From assembly GCF_963921235.1 (NCBI RefSeq), contig NC_086108.1:71054001-71118000 (forward strand): 64,000 bases of DNA, given 5' to 3'. The position numbers and the translations under genes were made by a program. Origin of the DNA: Mobula hypostoma (Eukaryota). Shown here one piece after another: positions 61,842 through 64,000 of the stretch (position 1 is the first letter of the stretch; the number at the start of each line of letters is the position of its first letter). Below the pieces are notes generated by a model. It searched no databases. It saw only the letters and a list, made by a program, of their open reading frames with translations, and was not told the DNA's origin.

Positions 61842-62969
61842 GTGTGTTTTTGTTTCTTATTTCATTCACTTTCTTTTTTTTGTTTAATTAAACCTGAAAT
61901 CAGCTTTTTTTTTTGTTTACAAGCTTGCAGAAATAAATTGTAGGTTAATTTGAGGTTCTTAAGGCATGTTGAATGACTGAACACAGCTGTTTTCTGGATT
62001 TGTAGTAGTCGGCATTGGGAGCAGTTTTGATCACTGTTTATCACTGACAGAATGTGTCTTCTGACAGAAAAGGTATCTTACATCAGCAATCAGACTGCTT
62101 TGTGAATTCCATGTCAAGATTTGGCGTGGTTTCATAATGTTTTGTGCTGTTTGTATTTTGTAGCCAGATGGAGTTTAAGCATGTGCCAAGTGACTAGAAG
62201 GTCATGAGGAAGTATTGGAAAGGACGTTATGGACAAGATCTAAACTGAATTAGTTTATGATCTTGTGCAGCTAAACTAATCATGCGACAGTGTGGACAGT
62301 GGTATTGCTTGGGGGGTTGTGTTTGCTACACCCATGAGTTAATTGTTTCCTTCAGAGTAATAATACTATTGAATATCAAACCAATCTGCCATAAAGATCA
62401 CAGTACTTTCAGAATATTGTTGTTTCTTTCTCATATACACAATTCACTTGTGCCTGATTGTTATTGGTCATGTATTCTACATTGAAGTCAGGGATGGCTT
62501 CATCAACTATTCTCTCAAACATTGATGACCTGTGATGTATTTCCATTTATGTGAAATTCCTGTTTTTTATCATTCATATTATGTAATATTTCATAAAATA
62601 TTTTGAAATTTGTAATCCCACTTCAATTTTATTTTGGGGAATAATTCTGATCTTTTTATTTTCTTCCAGCTCATTTGTTACTCTGTGCATAGTCCCTATC
62701 ATAAACAAAGATTTCACTCCTTTCCTGTGCAGAAATGTGTCCCTGGATTGGATTGATTGAGGACATGCTGCACAGGGCATCAAAGACAGGAGTTCAATAT
62801 TATCACTGCCAGACCTTTTGTAGCATGGCTCTCTAGTGCACTGCCAAGCTACCTGTGTGGAAACTGAGGCACCCAATGAAGAGCATTTTCGATATTGAGG
62901 ATTTGGTAATAACCTGGAGTTATTACCAATTTATGAATGATTTAATGAAGCTTTGTATCTAATTCTTAG

Positions 62970-63036
62970 GCTCTCAAAAGGAAGCCAGATTTATTTTTAG
63001 CAGAGAACTGTGATGTGAAGGCATTGTTTCAGTGCG
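62970..63036 (+). CDS. IPO13: Importin-13 exon (last in window): ALKRKPDLFLAENCDVKALFQC
   Basis: ttcttag acceptor and GTAAGT donor; 67 nt; the gene continues past the window. Confidence 0.95.
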
Positions 63037-64000
63037 GTAAGTAACAAAAATGTCTAGTACTAGCTTCATAGTTCTTAAGCTTTTTAATTTCTGTTCATAC
63101 TGTTAGTGTTGTTGAATAAGATTAAACTTAAGAAACCAAATTTTAACAAAAGTGAAACATGTCCTTCTGTATGTATAGTGTTGACATCCTGTTCTCTTTA
63201 TTTCCCCAAAATGCTTTTTTATTGTTTTGCATGTCTATGAGCAAAGCTTTCCAGAGTTCCCTGTGGCTTTTCAGACATCTCCAAGGAATAACTTAGAAAT
63301 TATTATCTCTGAATTATTAACCATTTATTGGATATGCACATTAAAAGTCCTTTTAAACAATATGATTTTAAGGTAACAAGATGACATGACAGGCTCACCA
63401 GTGATTTATAAACTTAATATATCCTTACTTGTAAGAACCATTTAATTTTCTCCTATTTTCTTATAACATTCTTTTTTCCATTTGCTTTCTTTCTCTTCCA
63501 GAAATGGTTTTGCTAGTATTTCTGTGAATTTCCACTTACAGGCAGGTTCATTAACCTCTGTGAGGGCAACATTCAGAACTTTGAAAGATAAGATGCCTGC
63601 CTTGAGAAAGAAAAGATAGTACCCAGCCCCTCTTTCAAAATGGAGGGATGGTAAAACGATGCTTTAAGCAGCAGTATGCTAAAGGCTTCCCAAAGGTGCT
63701 GCTCTAACTAAAAAAAACACTTTAAAAGTTAATATAGAAAATTAAGGATGTTAAATTGCTCAGTGGTGCGAAAAGAGTTGAAGTTGTATTGTGCTGGTGT
63801 CAGCTTTCACTTTCAGTGCCAATTTTGTTTCTGTATATCAAAGAACTAGTCACAATCATAAAGTAATTTAAATGTCCAGGTGAAATGAAATATTCTTCAG
63901 AACGCAAAGAAAGCTGCAGACCTCTATTGATAAGGTAATGGAACTAGATTGGTAAGTGATGTCTGGAAGGATTTAAGATTAGGTTTATTTGTCACATGTA

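Overview
Eukaryotic (vertebrate) genomic DNA. The repeat landscape (V-SINE/HE1-like and DeuSINE-like SINEs, abundant CR1, Rex1/Babar and Penelope elements) suggests a cartilaginous fish, possibly a ray; this is inference. The whole window lies inside one plus-strand gene, importin-13 (IPO13). Twelve consecutive internal coding exons (213-379 through 62970-63036) have GT-AG boundaries and compatible phases, and splice into one uninterrupted frame from DDIMSFEAEK to DVKALFQC. The start and stop of the gene are outside the window. The introns (up to 21.5 kb) are filled with transposable elements: CR1, Rex1/Babar, an RTE fragment, a decayed Penelope element, tRNA-derived SINEs, a Tc1 element and Tigger-type DNA transposons, often nested. 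Most notable: (1) minimal hammerhead-ribozyme motifs in the Penelope terminal repeat and in short palindromic, TSD-flanked derivatives of it; (2) Tigger elements that, from memory, closely resemble mammalian MER2/Tigger3 and MER82-type elements, so possible horizontal transfer; (3) a four-level nested insertion; (4) inverted Tigger copies flanking two exons. No prokaryotic-type system (CRISPR, operon) is present. TE family names and cross-species similarities come from recalled motifs, not database searches.
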